Shown here one piece after another: positions 31,136 to 44,028 of a DNA stretch of 64,000 bases. Positions within the stretch are counted from its first letter, which is position 1, and each line of letters begins with the position of its first letter. This DNA is from an uncultured delta proteobacterium. Lineage in GTDB: Bacteria > Desulfobacterota > Desulfuromonadia > Geobacterales > DSM-12255. Made by a program: the position numbers and the translations under genes. The stretch covers positions 608,001 to 672,000 of the forward strand of contig CAWBBV010000001.1 in assembly GCA_963787125.1 (NCBI GenBank), written 5' to 3'. The notes below the pieces were generated by a model that ran no database searches, was not told where the DNA came from, and saw nothing but the letters and a program-made list of their open reading frames with translations.

Positions 31136-32185
31136 ATGGAAATATTTGGCGGTCAACCCTGGTACATATATTGTGGAGCCATGCTCTTAAAGGTTTTATT
31201 GGCGTTCTTATTTGTACTTCTGACAGTAGCATATGCAACCTATGCCGAGAGAAAGCTGATCGGATTTATGCAGGTGCGAATAGGACCTAACAGGTGCGGC
31301 CCAAAAGGACTTCTCCAGCCGATAGCTGACGGAATTAAACTCTTTTTCAAGGAAGAGATTATCCCTGCACAGGCCAGCAAGTTCGCCTTTGTTCTTGCTC
31401 CACTTGTTGCCCTAATCCCTGCATTTATATCTTTCGCGGTAATCCCTTTCGGGGACTCTATCGAAGTTGCCGGTTATAAGTTTCCTCTTCAGATTGCTGC
31501 TTTTGCAGACACTACAGGCGCAATCCTAGATCTTAATATCGGCGTGCTTTATATTCTTGCCATGGCTTCGCTCGGGGTATACGGGATAGTTCTTGCCGGT
31601 TGGTCGTCGAACAGCAAGTACTCACTTCTTGGTGGACTCCGCGCCTCTGCACAGATGATCTCCTACGAGTTGGCAGCCGGACTGACGATAGTCTGTGTAT
31701 TCATGGTTTCCGAGTCACTCTCTTTGCAAGCAATAGTTGCTGGTCAGAGCGGTCTTTTCGGCTGGTACATTTTCCGCAATCCTTTTATGTTTGTTGCCGG
31801 GATCATCTTCTTCATCTGCTCACTGGCTGAGATCAACCGTACGCCTTTTGATCTACCTGAGGCCGAGACTGAGCTTGTCTCAGGTTTTTGCACCGAGTAC
31901 TCCAGTATGAAGTATGCAATGTTCTTCATGGCAGAGTACGCCAATATGGTGACCGTCTGTGCTGTGACAACTACTCTTTTCCTTGGCGGCTGGCATGGCC
32001 CTCTGTGGCCCGTTTTTAACTTCGTTGCGAAAGTCTATGTGCTGATGTTTGTCTGTATGTGGATTCGTGCTACCTACCCACGCTACCGCTATGATCAGTT
32101 GATGAAGCTCGGTTGGAAGTGTTTCCTCCCGATAGCCCTGTTTCTGATTATGGGCAACGCAATCTGGATGACTCTGTTCAAATAA
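31136..32185 (+). CDS. nuoH: NADH-quinone oxidoreductase subunit H
   Basis: GLLQPIADGIKL, RTPFDLPEAETELV, PRYRYDQLM. Confidence 0.97.
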   Translation: MEIFGGQPWYIYCGAMLLKVLLAFLFVLLTVAYATYAERKLIGFMQVRIGPNRCGPKGLLQPIADGIKLFFKEEIIPAQASKFAFVLAPLVALIPAFISFAVIPFGDSIEVAGYKFPLQIAAFADTTGAILDLNIGVLYILAMASLGVYGIVLAGWSSNSKYSLLGGLRASAQMISYELAAGLTIVCVFMVSESLSLQAIVAGQSGLFGWYIFRNPFMFVAGIIFFICSLAEINRTPFDLPEAETELVSGFCTEYSSMKYAMFFMAEYANMVTVCAVTTTLFLGGWHGPLWPVFNFVAKVYVLMFVCMWIRATYPRYRYDQLMKLGWKCFLPIALFLIMGNAIWMTLFK

Positions 32186-32231
32186 TAAGTTTATTAAACT
32201 TCCCGACTGAATCTGTGGAGAGGATACGCAA

Positions 32232-32630
32232 ATGATAGTACCCCTGATCAAAGGCCTGCAAATAACATTCAGCCATCTCTTCAAGAAGGCGGTAACGCTT
32301 CAGTATCCTGAGGAAAGGCCGAATGTTGCTCCTAATTTCCGTGGACTGCACACCCTCAAGGTTTCGCACGACAATGCAAAGTGTGTTGCCTGCTATCTCT
32401 GCCCGACTGTCTGCCCTGCAAAGTGCATAATTGTCGAGGCAGGTGAGGATGAAAACCATGAGAAATTCGCAGCTAAATACGAAATTGACATGCTACGGTG
32501 CATTTTTTGTGGCTTCTGTGTAGAAGCGTGTCCAGTTGATGCGCTCGGCATGACACAGAATTTTGAACTTGCCAATTACAAACGCGAAGATTTTATTTTT
32601 TCCAAAGAACGACTGCTAGAAAAGAGATAA
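32232..32630 (+). CDS. nuoI: NADH-quinone oxidoreductase subunit I
   Basis: CVACYLCPTVCP, CIFCGFCVEACP. Confidence 0.97.
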   Translation: MIVPLIKGLQITFSHLFKKAVTLQYPEERPNVAPNFRGLHTLKVSHDNAKCVACYLCPTVCPAKCIIVEAGEDENHEKFAAKYEIDMLRCIFCGFCVEACPVDALGMTQNFELANYKREDFIFSKERLLEKR

Positions 32631-32640
32631 AGGAGCAGCA

Positions 32641-33144
32641 ATGGAAACCCTGTTTTTCCTGATTGTCGCAGCAATAGCCGTAATCTCCGCAATCCTTGTG
32701 ATTACGAATAAAAACCCGCTCAACAGTGCGCTATCGCTCATAATGACATTTTTCTGTCTTGCAACCCTGTACGTCATGCTTGAAGCACCTTTCATGGCAG
32801 CAATCCAGATAATTGTTTATGCCGGTGCGATTATGGTTCTGTTTGTCTTTGTCATTATGCTTCTGAATGTCAGAACAGAGTCTGCCCGCAGAGGCAAGCA
32901 TGCTCTCTTCCTTGGTACAATGACGGGATTACTGCTCCTTATTCAGACCTGGTATACAATCGGCAGAAGTTCACTGACCGGAATGAACGGCCCAGTTGAC
33001 TCAGCTCTCATTGCCAAGGTAGGTCACACCGAGCTCATAGGAAAATCACTCTTTACTGATTTCCTCTTGCCGTTTGAAATCACGTCTATTCTGCTTCTGG
33101 CTGCCATTGTCGGTGCAGTAATACTTTCCAAGAAAAAACTGTAA
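32641..33144 (+). CDS. nuoJ: NADH-quinone oxidoreductase subunit J
   Basis: [24 protein letters not shown]. Confidence 0.97.
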   Translation: METLFFLIVAAIAVISAILVITNKNPLNSALSLIMTFFCLATLYVMLEAPFMAAIQIIVYAGAIMVLFVFVIMLLNVRTESARRGKHALFLGTMTGLLLLIQTWYTIGRSSLTGMNGPVDSALIAKVGHTELIGKSLFTDFLLPFEITSILLLAAIVGAVILSKKKL

Positions 33145-33161
33145 GAGTCAGGAGATATATA

Positions 33162-33464
33162 ATGGTTTCCCTAAACAGCTATCTTATTCTCAGCGCAATA
33201 CTCTTCGCAATCGGTACTATTGGTGTTCTGACTCGCAGAAATGCTATTGTAATTTTCATGTGCGTCGAACTGATGCTGAATGCAGTCAATCTGACCTTCA
33301 TCGCTTTTTCAAAGTTCCATGGCAATCTTGACGGGCAGATTTTCGTTTTTTTCGTCATGACAGTTGCAGCGGCTGAAGCTGCGGTCGGTCTTGCCTTGAT
33401 GATCGCCTTCTACAAAAATCGAGAATCGATTGATGTGGAAGATATGAATATGATGAAGTGGTAG
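33162..33464 (+). CDS. nuoK: NADH-quinone oxidoreductase subunit K
   Basis: [20 protein letters not shown]. Confidence 0.97.
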   Translation: MVSLNSYLILSAILFAIGTIGVLTRRNAIVIFMCVELMLNAVNLTFIAFSKFHGNLDGQIFVFFVMTVAAAEAAVGLALMIAFYKNRESIDVEDMNMMKW

Positions 33465-33509
33465 TCCGATCCTGCTTAAAACGAATCATTTTACTCGAAG
33501 GAGTCCGTA

Positions 33510-35498
33510 ATGCTTGACAATGTATGGCTCATACCACTGTTCCCTCTCATTGGGTTTCTGATTAACGGCTTATTAGGCAAGAAGATCAAAAATGAGGCGA
33601 TTATAGGCGGAATTGGTACAGCAGCGATTTTTTGCTCCTTTCTGGTCTCTTGCGGAATATTGAAAGACCTGATTGCTCTTGATCCTGAACACCGCGTATT
33701 CGAGAAGGTTGTATTTCCATGGATTCAAGCCGGCGTTTTCAAAGCCGACATGGCTTTTTTGGTTGACCCCCTATCTGCTGTCATGATTATGGTGGTAACA
33801 GGTGTTGGCTCCCTGATTCACCTTTACTCAATCGGCTATATGCATGGCGAAGAGGGCTTTTACAGGTTTTTCGCTTACCTAAATCTTTTTTGCATGTCGA
33901 TGCTGCTTTTGGTTCTTGGCGCAAATATGCTTGTCATGTTTATCGGCTGGGAAGGTGTAGGTCTGTGCTCTTACCTTCTTATCGGGTATTACTTTGAGAA
34001 AAAATCTGCCGGTGATGCGGCCAAAAAAGCATTTGTTATGAACAGGGTGGGTGACTTCGGTTTCCTTATCGGTCTTTTTATCCTTTTCTGGTGGCTTGGC
34101 AGTAACCATGGCATCTGGACTGTCAACTTTACAGAGATCAAAGCAGCTTCCCACCTTCTCCCTTACGGTGGAGTAGTGACAATCGCGACTCTCTGCTTTT
34201 TCGTCGGCGCAACCGGTAAATCGGCCCAGATTCCACTCTATACATGGCTCCCTGACGCGATGGAAGGTCCTACACCTGTTTCCGCACTCATCCATGCTGC
34301 CACTATGGTAACTGCAGGTGTATACATGATCGGCCGGATGAGTTTTGTTTTCATCAAGGCGCCGGAAACAATGCTGGTAATAGCCGTGATAGGTGCTGCT
34401 ACTGCCATTTTTGCTGCGACAATCGGCACAGCACAAAATGACATCAAACGTGTCCTTGCCTATTCTACTGTGTCGCAGCTCGGATTCATGTTTCTTGCAA
34501 TGGGTGTCGGCGCATTCGGCGCGGGTATTTTCCACCTGATGACACACGCCTTCTTTAAAGCCTGTCTGTTCCTTGGTTCAGGTTCGGTTATACACGCCAT
34601 GCACCATGCTTTACATAAGGGGCATTTGAATGATGATGCTCAGGATATGAGAAATATGGGCGGACTGCGTAAGGCAATGCCAATTACGTTCGCTACATTC
34701 TTTGTGTCAACTATTGCTATTGCGGGTATCCCACCGCTTTCAGGTTTCTTTTCCAAGGATGAAATACTCTGGCAAGCATTTAGCAACCCTTTCCACGGTA
34801 GTGTTAACTTTTATTTATGGCTGGCTGGTGCAGTTGCTGCCTGCTTTACCGCGTTTTACATGTTCAGACTTGTCTTTATGACATTTTTCGGTGATTGCCG
34901 CATCAATCCGAAAGTAAAGGATCATCTGCACGAGTCACCTTTAGTCATTACTATCCCCTTGATGGTGCTTGCTTTCCTGGCTGCTGTCGGTGGATTTATT
35001 GGTGTCCCGAAGCTTCTGGGTGGGCTGAATCATTTTGAACATTGGCTTGATCCAGTATTTGAATTGGCAGGTGAATACAGTAAGCAGTATGCACATGTAC
35101 ATGAACATGGCCATTCTCTTGAAGTTGGGTTAATGGTCGGGTCAGTTATTATTGCCACTATCGGTATTTCACTTGCTTATACAATGTACATGGCAAACAG
35201 GACTCTTCCTGGGAAATTCACATCCACATTCCCTGCACTGCATAAAGCAGTTTATAACAAGTGGTATGTAGATGAGATTTATGATTTCCTTTTTGTGAAC
35301 CCGTGCAAGTCTTTTGGCAATCTTCTCTGGAGAGGGTTTGATGTAGTGATCGTAGATGGCATTGTCAATGGCACAGCAAAGTTAGTGATGGCTTTTTCTG
35401 CAGGACTTAAAGGCCTGCAGTCCGGTTATGTTCATAATTATGCCATGGGAATGGCGCTCGGTGTTGTCGGTATTCTGGCGTTTTACATATTCCGTTAA
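33510..35498 (+). CDS. nuoL: NADH-quinone oxidoreductase subunit L
   Basis: WEGVGLCSYLLIG, WLPDAMEGPTPVSALIHAATMV. Confidence 0.97.
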   Translation: MLDNVWLIPLFPLIGFLINGLLGKKIKNEAIIGGIGTAAIFCSFLVSCGILKDLIALDPEHRVFEKVVFPWIQAGVFKADMAFLVDPLSAVMIMVVTGVGSLIHLYSIGYMHGEEGFYRFFAYLNLFCMSMLLLVLGANMLVMFIGWEGVGLCSYLLIGYYFEKKSAGDAAKKAFVMNRVGDFGFLIGLFILFWWLGSNHGIWTVNFTEIKAASHLLPYGGVVTIATLCFFVGATGKSAQIPLYTWLPDAMEGPTPVSALIHAATMVTAGVYMIGRMSFVFIKAPETMLVIAVIGAATAIFAATIGTAQNDIKRVLAYSTVSQLGFMFLAMGVGAFGAGIFHLMTHAFFKACLFLGSGSVIHAMHHALHKGHLNDDAQDMRNMGGLRKAMPITFATFFVSTIAIAGIPPLSGFFSKDEILWQAFSNPFHGSVNFYLWLAGAVAACFTAFYMFRLVFMTFFGDCRINPKVKDHLHESPLVITIPLMVLAFLAAVGGFIGVPKLLGGLNHFEHWLDPVFELAGEYSKQYAHVHEHGHSLEVGLMVGSVIIATIGISLAYTMYMANRTLPGKFTSTFPALHKAVYNKWYVDEIYDFLFVNPCKSFGNLLWRGFDVVIVDGIVNGTAKLVMAFSAGLKGLQSGYVHNYAMGMALGVVGILAFYIFR

Positions 35499-35537
35499 CA
35501 GATTCAAGACTGTTGAGATATTAAAGGAGCAGATTCA

Positions 35538-37142
35538 ATGAATGAAGTTATCCTGAGCCTGATCACCTTTTTGCCGCTTGCAGGGGTTATTCTTCTGCTG
35601 TTTATACCAAGCGGCAATCATGCCCTGTTGAGAGGGTTCACACTGGCGGTTACGGTCGTTACTTTTATAGCCTCTCTTCCGCTTGCGACCGGTTTTGTAA
35701 CCAATGCAGATTATCAGTTCGTCCTGAAAATGCCCTGGATCAGTGCCGGACCTTTTAAAATGAACTATCATGTCGGTATTGACGGTATCAGTCTCTGGCT
35801 GGTCATGCTTACTACCTTCATCATGCCAATTGCAGTTCTCTCAACATGGAATGCAGTTCATGAGAAAGTAAAAGGTTACATGTCCTGTCTCCTGCTTCTT
35901 CAGGTAGGTATGCTAGGAGCGTTCATTTCGCTTGACCTCTTTCTTTTTTATATCTTCTGGGAAGTCATGCTGATTCCGATGTACTTTATCATTGGTATAT
36001 GGGGCGGAAAGAACAGAATTTATGCCGCTGTCAAGTTCTTCATCTATACAATGGTTGGCTCACTCCTGATGCTTGTTGCGATAATCGCCCTTTATTTCAA
36101 GGGTCTTAGTGCCGGAGTAACAGATTTCAGCCTGTTGAATTTCTTCGGGCTGAATCTTGATCCTGTAACCCAAACATGGATGTTTCTGGCGTTTGCCCTT
36201 GCCTTTGCCATTAAGGTTCCGATGTTTCCTCTCCATACATGGTTGCCTGACGCACATACCGAAGCTCCTACAGCCGGTTCAGTTATTCTGGCTGCAGTTC
36301 TGCTGAAAATGGGTACCTACGGTTACGTTCGATTTGCTATGCCGCTCTTTCCAGATGCAGTTGATAAGTTTACACCGCTTATCGCCACTCTTTCAGTTAT
36401 CGGTGTTATCTATGCTTCCCTGGTGGCTATGGTTCAGGAGGATGTAAAGAAACTCGTTGCCTACTCATCTGTTGCTCACCTGGGATTTGTGATGCTCGGT
36501 GTTTTTTCTCTCAACCAGATGGGGCTTCAAGGTGGCATGCTGCAGATGCTTAATCATGGGGTTTCTACAGGTGCACTCTTCCTTATCGTCGGCTTTATTT
36601 ATGAACGCCGCCATACAAGGTTGATTACAGATTTTGGTGGACTTTCGAAGCAGATGCCGATCTTTGCAACAATATTTATGATTGTTACTTTTTCTTCCAT
36701 TGGCTTGCCAGGTACTAATGGTTTCGTCGGTGAATTTCTCGTTCTGCTTGGTGCTTTTGAGAGTAAGCTCCGCTGGTACACTGTTGTTGCTTCCAGCGGC
36801 GTTATCCTCTCTGCTGTGTATATGCTCTGGATGTTTCAACGTGTCATGTTCGGCAAGCTCGACAACCCTAAAAATCAGAAGCTTGAGGATTTGAACGGGC
36901 GTGAGATCGCTATTATGTTGCCTCTTGTATTTCTTATCTTCTTTATGGGGCTTTACCCTACGCCATTTATTAAAAAGATGGCCCCTGCTCTGGACAAGGT
37001 TATCGCTCAGAGCCGCGTTAACCAGCCAGCTCCACCGCAGGCAATGCAGATGATACCTCAGGGTATGATGCCGCAAAGTCATCCAGGTGTGCCAGCAGGG
37101 CATCCTGATATGCCGTCTGGTAAGCCAGCTGGGCATCCTTAA
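35538..37142 (+). CDS. nuoM: NADH-quinone oxidoreductase subunit M
   Basis: HTWLPDAHTEAPTAGS, GLPGTNGFVGEF; low-complexity C-tail. Confidence 0.97.
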   Translation: MNEVILSLITFLPLAGVILLLFIPSGNHALLRGFTLAVTVVTFIASLPLATGFVTNADYQFVLKMPWISAGPFKMNYHVGIDGISLWLVMLTTFIMPIAVLSTWNAVHEKVKGYMSCLLLLQVGMLGAFISLDLFLFYIFWEVMLIPMYFIIGIWGGKNRIYAAVKFFIYTMVGSLLMLVAIIALYFKGLSAGVTDFSLLNFFGLNLDPVTQTWMFLAFALAFAIKVPMFPLHTWLPDAHTEAPTAGSVILAAVLLKMGTYGYVRFAMPLFPDAVDKFTPLIATLSVIGVIYASLVAMVQEDVKKLVAYSSVAHLGFVMLGVFSLNQMGLQGGMLQMLNHGVSTGALFLIVGFIYERRHTRLITDFGGLSKQMPIFATIFMIVTFSSIGLPGTNGFVGEFLVLLGAFESKLRWYTVVASSGVILSAVYMLWMFQRVMFGKLDNPKNQKLEDLNGREIAIMLPLVFLIFFMGLYPTPFIKKMAPALDKVIAQSRVNQPAPPQAMQMIPQGMMPQSHPGVPAGHPDMPSGKPAGHP

Positions 37143-37185
37143 TAGGTTTAAAACAGATCCGCTAAAAAGATACCGGAGGAGATAG

Positions 37186-38646
37186 ATGGTAGCAATTGAT
37201 ACTTCATTGATGATGATTAAGATGTCTGTGATAGCGCCTGAGGTGATACTTTCACTCTTTGCGATGGCGCTTCTCTTGATCAACGTTTTTGTTAAAAGCG
37301 AGACTAAGGGTTATCTTGGCTACCTAGGCATAGCGGGTATTGTCGTAAGTCTCTTAACCCTTTTGTCTGGATGGGGAAGCCCGACAGAAGCTTTTAGCGG
37401 GACTATTGTACAGGATAATTTTGCGATCTTCTTCAAAGGAATATTCCTGATTTCAGCGGCAATGAGCATTCTTATCACTGACAAGTATCTGGTGCGCGAA
37501 GAGTGCAATCAGGGTGAGATTTATCCACTGATTCTCTTTGCAACAGTCGGCATGATGCTGATGGCTGCAGGCACAGATCTGATGACTATTTTTCTCGGTC
37601 TTGAAGTTCTCTCAGTTTCTCTTTATATCTTGGCTGGTTTCAACCGTGCTTCTCTTAAATCCAATGAAGCAGGGCTTAAATATTTCCTCCTCGGCGCATT
37701 CTCTACCGGGTTCCTTCTCTACGGTATGGCCCTTATTTACGGCGCAACTGGTACAACCAAAGTTGCCAAAATCGCTGCGGTCATTTCACAAACAGGAATG
37801 GGAACATCTAATTTAGTGCTTGTTGCCGGCATGCTCCTAATGGCAACCGGGTTCGCATTCAAAATAGCAGCAGCACCATTTCATATGTGGACACCTGACG
37901 TTTACGAGGGTGCCCCAACACCGATGACTGCTTTTATGTCTGTCGGGCCAAAGGCTGCGGGTTTCGCTGCGTTCCTCCGGGTGTTTCTTGTCGCGCTTCC
38001 TGCACTTAAGCCGGAGTGGACTTGGCTTATATGGGGACTTGCTGTTTTGACAATGACGATTGGTAACATCACTGCTCTTTATCAACAGAATATCAAACGG
38101 ATGCTTGCATACTCTTCTATAGCTCATGCAGGCTATGTCCTTGTCGGTTTTACTGCTGGAAATGCAGTTGGAACGGCCGGCATTCTATTTTATATGCTTT
38201 CGTACGCCTTTATGAATATTGGTGCCTTTGCGATAATTATCCTTGTCGGTAAAAAGGGAGAAGAGAACAATAATGTTTCTGATTACGCAGGGTTTGGTTA
38301 TAAACACCCGATTCTCGCTATAGCAATGTGTATCTTCCTTTTTTCACTTGCCGGCATTCCCCCGGCAGCCGGTTTTATCGGCAAATTCTATCTATTCTCC
38401 GGTGCTATTCAGGCAGGTTATATCTGGCTTGCTATCATTGGTGTGCTAAACAGTGCAGCATCAGTTTATTATTATCTCAGGGTCATGGTTTTTATGTACT
38501 TCAAGGACCCTACGGAAGAGTTTGCGTGGGTTAAGTTGACACCAGCTTTTGTAGTCTGCCTCATTATCGCGGTTGCTGGTGTTCTCATCCCTGGCGTGCT
38601 ACCCGGCGTTTTCCTTGAGATTGCTCAGAAAGCAGTATTCATGTAA
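37186..38646 (+). CDS. nuoN: NADH-quinone oxidoreductase subunit N
   Basis: EAGLKYF, PFHMWTPDVYEGAP, KRMLAYSSIAH. Confidence 0.97.
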   Translation: MVAIDTSLMMIKMSVIAPEVILSLFAMALLLINVFVKSETKGYLGYLGIAGIVVSLLTLLSGWGSPTEAFSGTIVQDNFAIFFKGIFLISAAMSILITDKYLVREECNQGEIYPLILFATVGMMLMAAGTDLMTIFLGLEVLSVSLYILAGFNRASLKSNEAGLKYFLLGAFSTGFLLYGMALIYGATGTTKVAKIAAVISQTGMGTSNLVLVAGMLLMATGFAFKIAAAPFHMWTPDVYEGAPTPMTAFMSVGPKAAGFAAFLRVFLVALPALKPEWTWLIWGLAVLTMTIGNITALYQQNIKRMLAYSSIAHAGYVLVGFTAGNAVGTAGILFYMLSYAFMNIGAFAIIILVGKKGEENNNVSDYAGFGYKHPILAIAMCIFLFSLAGIPPAAGFIGKFYLFSGAIQAGYIWLAIIGVLNSAASVYYYLRVMVFMYFKDPTEEFAWVKLTPAFVVCLIIAVAGVLIPGVLPGVFLEIAQKAVFM

Positions 38647-38668
38647 TCCTCTTTATATACTCTTAAAG

Positions 38669-38701
38669 AACCCCTCTGTCCAACTACAGAGGGGTTTTTT
38701 T
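38669..38701 (+). terminator. Rho-independent terminator of nuo operon
   Basis: AACCCCTCTGT...ACAGAGGGGTT followed by T run. Confidence 0.85.
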
Positions 38702-38769
38702 GTGTATGGCAATTGTCATCGCTGCTATATGATTGACAGAGATTTCTTCAGCTGTTAGGATTTTTAACT

Positions 38770-41447
<2,678 letters not shown>

Positions 41448-41450
41448 AGC

Positions 41451-41479
41451 TTGACGTGAAAAGTTCGATTTGATATAAA
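41451..41479 (+). promoter_or_regulatory. Sigma70-type promoter for tRNA-Lys
   Basis: TTGACG-17 nt-TATAAA. Confidence 0.7.
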
Positions 41480-41496
41480 AATTAACTGGTCACGAC

Positions 41497-41572
41497 GAGC
41501 CGCTAGCTCAGTAGGTAGAGCACCTGACTTTTAATCAGGTGGTCGTTGGTTCGATCCCAACGCGGCTCACCA
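41497..41572 (+). tRNA. tRNA-Lys (UUU)
   Basis: GAGCCGCTAGCTCAGTAGGTAGAGCACCTGACTTTTAATCAGGTGGTCGTTGGTTCGATCCCAACGCGGCTCACCA; cloverleaf, anticodon TTT, encoded CCA. Confidence 0.98.
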
Positions 41573-41581
41573 TAAAAAATC

Positions 41582-41616
41582 AAGGGGTTACAGCAAATGC
41601 TGTAGCCCCTTTTTTT
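41582..41616 (+). terminator. Rho-independent terminator after tRNA-Lys
   Basis: AAGGGGTTACAGCA-AA-TGCTGTAGCCCCTT plus T run. Confidence 0.85.
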
Positions 41617-41691
41617 GCAAAGTTTTACCTGATAACCGGATAATGTAAAATCAGTTCGGATATAAAAATGCGAATGCTCAAATAAAGCCTT

Positions 41692-43248
41692 TCACCACCT
41701 TATTGTCAGTTCTAAAGCGCCTTCAGCCCCATCCGGAAGTTGCGGCAACTCCTGAATAACCCCGATTTTTTCAAGACGACTCATTAGTTCGAAAAATCTA
41801 TCAACTTCAACTCTTGTGTAGAGGAGATCATTCCCGCCGTTGTAGGCCCTTCCATTGACTTTTCCTCCTAGTGAGGTAACTGCATTTTCTATATCATGCC
41901 CTGCAGCAACAGGATCGACAGTTTTCAATGCAACAGCTAATTCACCGCTTCTGGTACGAGGTAAAGGAACCTTGTTGAGCTGGGAGCGACTTGGAGCGGG
42001 CGCATCACCCCACTCAGGCAGAACGGTAGGGGGTGCCCCGACCTTTTCATTTTTTTGAACTGAATCTATTTTGCTTGTCGGTATCAGCGGCGGTAATTTA
42101 GAAGTAATTGCCGCTTGTGGTGCTGGTTCAGAAGGCAGTATTGCTGGAGGAAGAGGAACGTTGCTGACTACTGTATCAGGCTTAGACACTGTATCAGCTC
42201 TATTGAAAGAACCTTTAAAAACGCCTTTGAACAGAGCTGTAAAGTCAGATCCAATCTGCTCCGGTCTCTTTTCGGCAGAGAGCGGCTGCGTTGGTTGACT
42301 TAGGTTTCGAGGGAGAACAGAATCGGACTTGGATTTGATTAGCAGCAGATAGGAAGAGATGCCGATAAATGAGGTAAGCAAGATAGCAACGGTAATCATA
42401 ATGCGCAACTGTGAAGGAGCCTGAACTCTGACAGTTTTACCGGGAGTGCTCTTAACCTTCTGCATTATTACGGCAGCAAGCCAATGAGGCGGCTCTGCAT
42501 CAGGGAGGCTTTTGATGTCCTCAATCATCCATTCAAGCTCTGCGAGAGCTTTACGACAACTACCACAGTTTTTCAGATGGTTTTTAATATGCTCTTTCTC
42601 GTCACTCTTTATTGAGCTGTCGAGGTAAGCCGAGAAGTTGCGCTGTATCTCGGGGTGAATGACAGCGTCATCGGTTTTCATGACTGAAAATTCTTCGGGG
42701 TTATCAGTCGTGCTCTTAAGCCAGATGGCAAGTGTGCACTGAGCTTCAAACAGCCTGGCGAGCAGCAGTTCACCGCTTATTTTAAGAATTTCCTCAATTC
42801 GCTCAAGAGAGTAACCCCTTACGTAACGGAGCAAGATGAGCTCGCCTAATTCGACAGGAAGCGCCCTTATGCAGAGTGCAAGTTTCTTGTTCATCGCTGC
42901 GGAATAATTGGATTCGTCGGGGGTAGGTTCAGCTAAACCAGCTTGAAAGTCTGACCCTTCAGGTCGATAATCATTAAACTCTCTGCACTCGTTAAGTGCA
43001 ATGGTAACGAGCCATGAAGAAAAGCGGACAGAACCTTTTTGAGTTCTTATGTTCTGAAATGCGGTCAGAAATGAGTTTTCAGTGGCTTCGCATGCACTCT
43101 TCTGCGCGCCAGTGAGCAGCAGAGTGAGATTGAAAATCCTTTTCTGGTATTTCCAGATAAGAGTTTCAAAAGCAGAAAGATCGCCACGATGCCATGATAT
43201 CAGCAGCGGTGCGTCTTCATCAGGGGTAAAGTGGCGGAAATTTCGCAT
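41692..43248 (-). CDS. ECF sigma-like domain fused to zinc-finger anti-sigma (ZAS), TM and extracytoplasmic domain
   Basis: GDLSAFETLIWKYQKRIF, FSSWLVTIALNEC, LRYVRGYS; then SAYLD...HLKNCGSC, a TM segment and a Pro-rich linker. Confidence 0.75.
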   Translation of the reverse strand: MRNFRHFTPDEDAPLLISWHRGDLSAFETLIWKYQKRIFNLTLLLTGAQKSACEATENSFLTAFQNIRTQKGSVRFSSWLVTIALNECREFNDYRPEGSDFQAGLAEPTPDESNYSAAMNKKLALCIRALPVELGELILLRYVRGYSLERIEEILKISGELLLARLFEAQCTLAIWLKSTTDNPEEFSVMKTDDAVIHPEIQRNFSAYLDSSIKSDEKEHIKNHLKNCGSCRKALAELEWMIEDIKSLPDAEPPHWLAAVIMQKVKSTPGKTVRVQAPSQLRIMITVAILLTSFIGISSYLLLIKSKSDSVLPRNLSQPTQPLSAEKRPEQIGSDFTALFKGVFKGSFNRADTVSKPDTVVSNVPLPPAILPSEPAPQAAITSKLPPLIPTSKIDSVQKNEKVGAPPTVLPEWGDAPAPSRSQLNKVPLPRTRSGELAVALKTVDPVAAGHDIENAVTSLGGKVNGRAYNGGNDLLYTRVEVDRFFELMSRLEKIGVIQELPQLPDGAEGALELTIRW

Positions 43249-43412
43249 TTTTCGCCCGTAATAATTAAGAGGTCGAAAGAGATATTCTGGCTGATTATAT
43301 CATTAATAAGATAAATAGGAAGAAGTGATCGTGCGTGGGGGATGAAAGACACTTGCTGTACAAAGACAAAAAGGCTATCTTCAAAAAAATTCACATTTCA
43401 AGAGGATTATTC

Positions 43413-44012
43413 ATGTATCGTTTTTTTGCAAGAGCAGTGTTTGTGATAATTCTTTCTTTACCGACATTAGTCTCTGCCGAAACAGTACCGGTTCCGACGG
43501 CTGCTGCAGCAGTTTCTCAAATTCCCGGTGAACAGAAAGCGTCGCCATCTTTGCCGGTTGAAAAACGCTTTCGGGTTGGCTATGCAGACTTAATGAAAAT
43601 AGCAGAACAGTCTGATGCGGGAAAGATCGCCAAGAGTCATTTTGAGGCTAAGGCAGATCGTTATAAAGCGCAACTTGATACAAAGCAGAAGCTGTTGGAA
43701 AAGCAAAAGGCGACACTTGAAGCAAAACTGCCTACGTATACTCCTGAGCAGCGGACAACAAAAATCAAGGAATACGAAAAGAAGGTAGATGAACTCAGAA
43801 AAATGCTGCAAAAGGCCGATAAAGAGATGCGGCCGATGCAGGAGGAGCTTGTCAAGGAGGTTTACGGCAAGATTGAAACAGCAGCGCGCGAGTATGGCGC
43901 AGCTAACGGGTTTTCGGTCATTCTTGAAAAAAAGGAGCTGCTCTATCTTGGCAAAGGAATTGATGCTGAGGACGTTACAGATGCATTGTTGAAGGAGCTA
44001 AATAAAAAGTAA
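43413..44012 (+). CDS. skp: OmpH/Skp periplasmic chaperone
   Basis: Signal peptide; VGYADLMKI, coiled coil, GFSVIL...DVTDALL; SD before ATG 43413. Confidence 0.85.
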   Translation: MYRFFARAVFVIILSLPTLVSAETVPVPTAAAAVSQIPGEQKASPSLPVEKRFRVGYADLMKIAEQSDAGKIAKSHFEAKADRYKAQLDTKQKLLEKQKATLEAKLPTYTPEQRTTKIKEYEKKVDELRKMLQKADKEMRPMQEELVKEVYGKIETAAREYGAANGFSVILEKKELLYLGKGIDAEDVTDALLKELNKK

Positions 44013-44028
44013 ATCGGTACTGAGGCGG

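Noticed and set aside
41497..41700. tRNA-Lys as an integration site (AATCAAGGGGTTA is IHF-like)
   Set aside because: No integrase and no duplicated tRNA 3' end seen; the motif is one arm of the terminator
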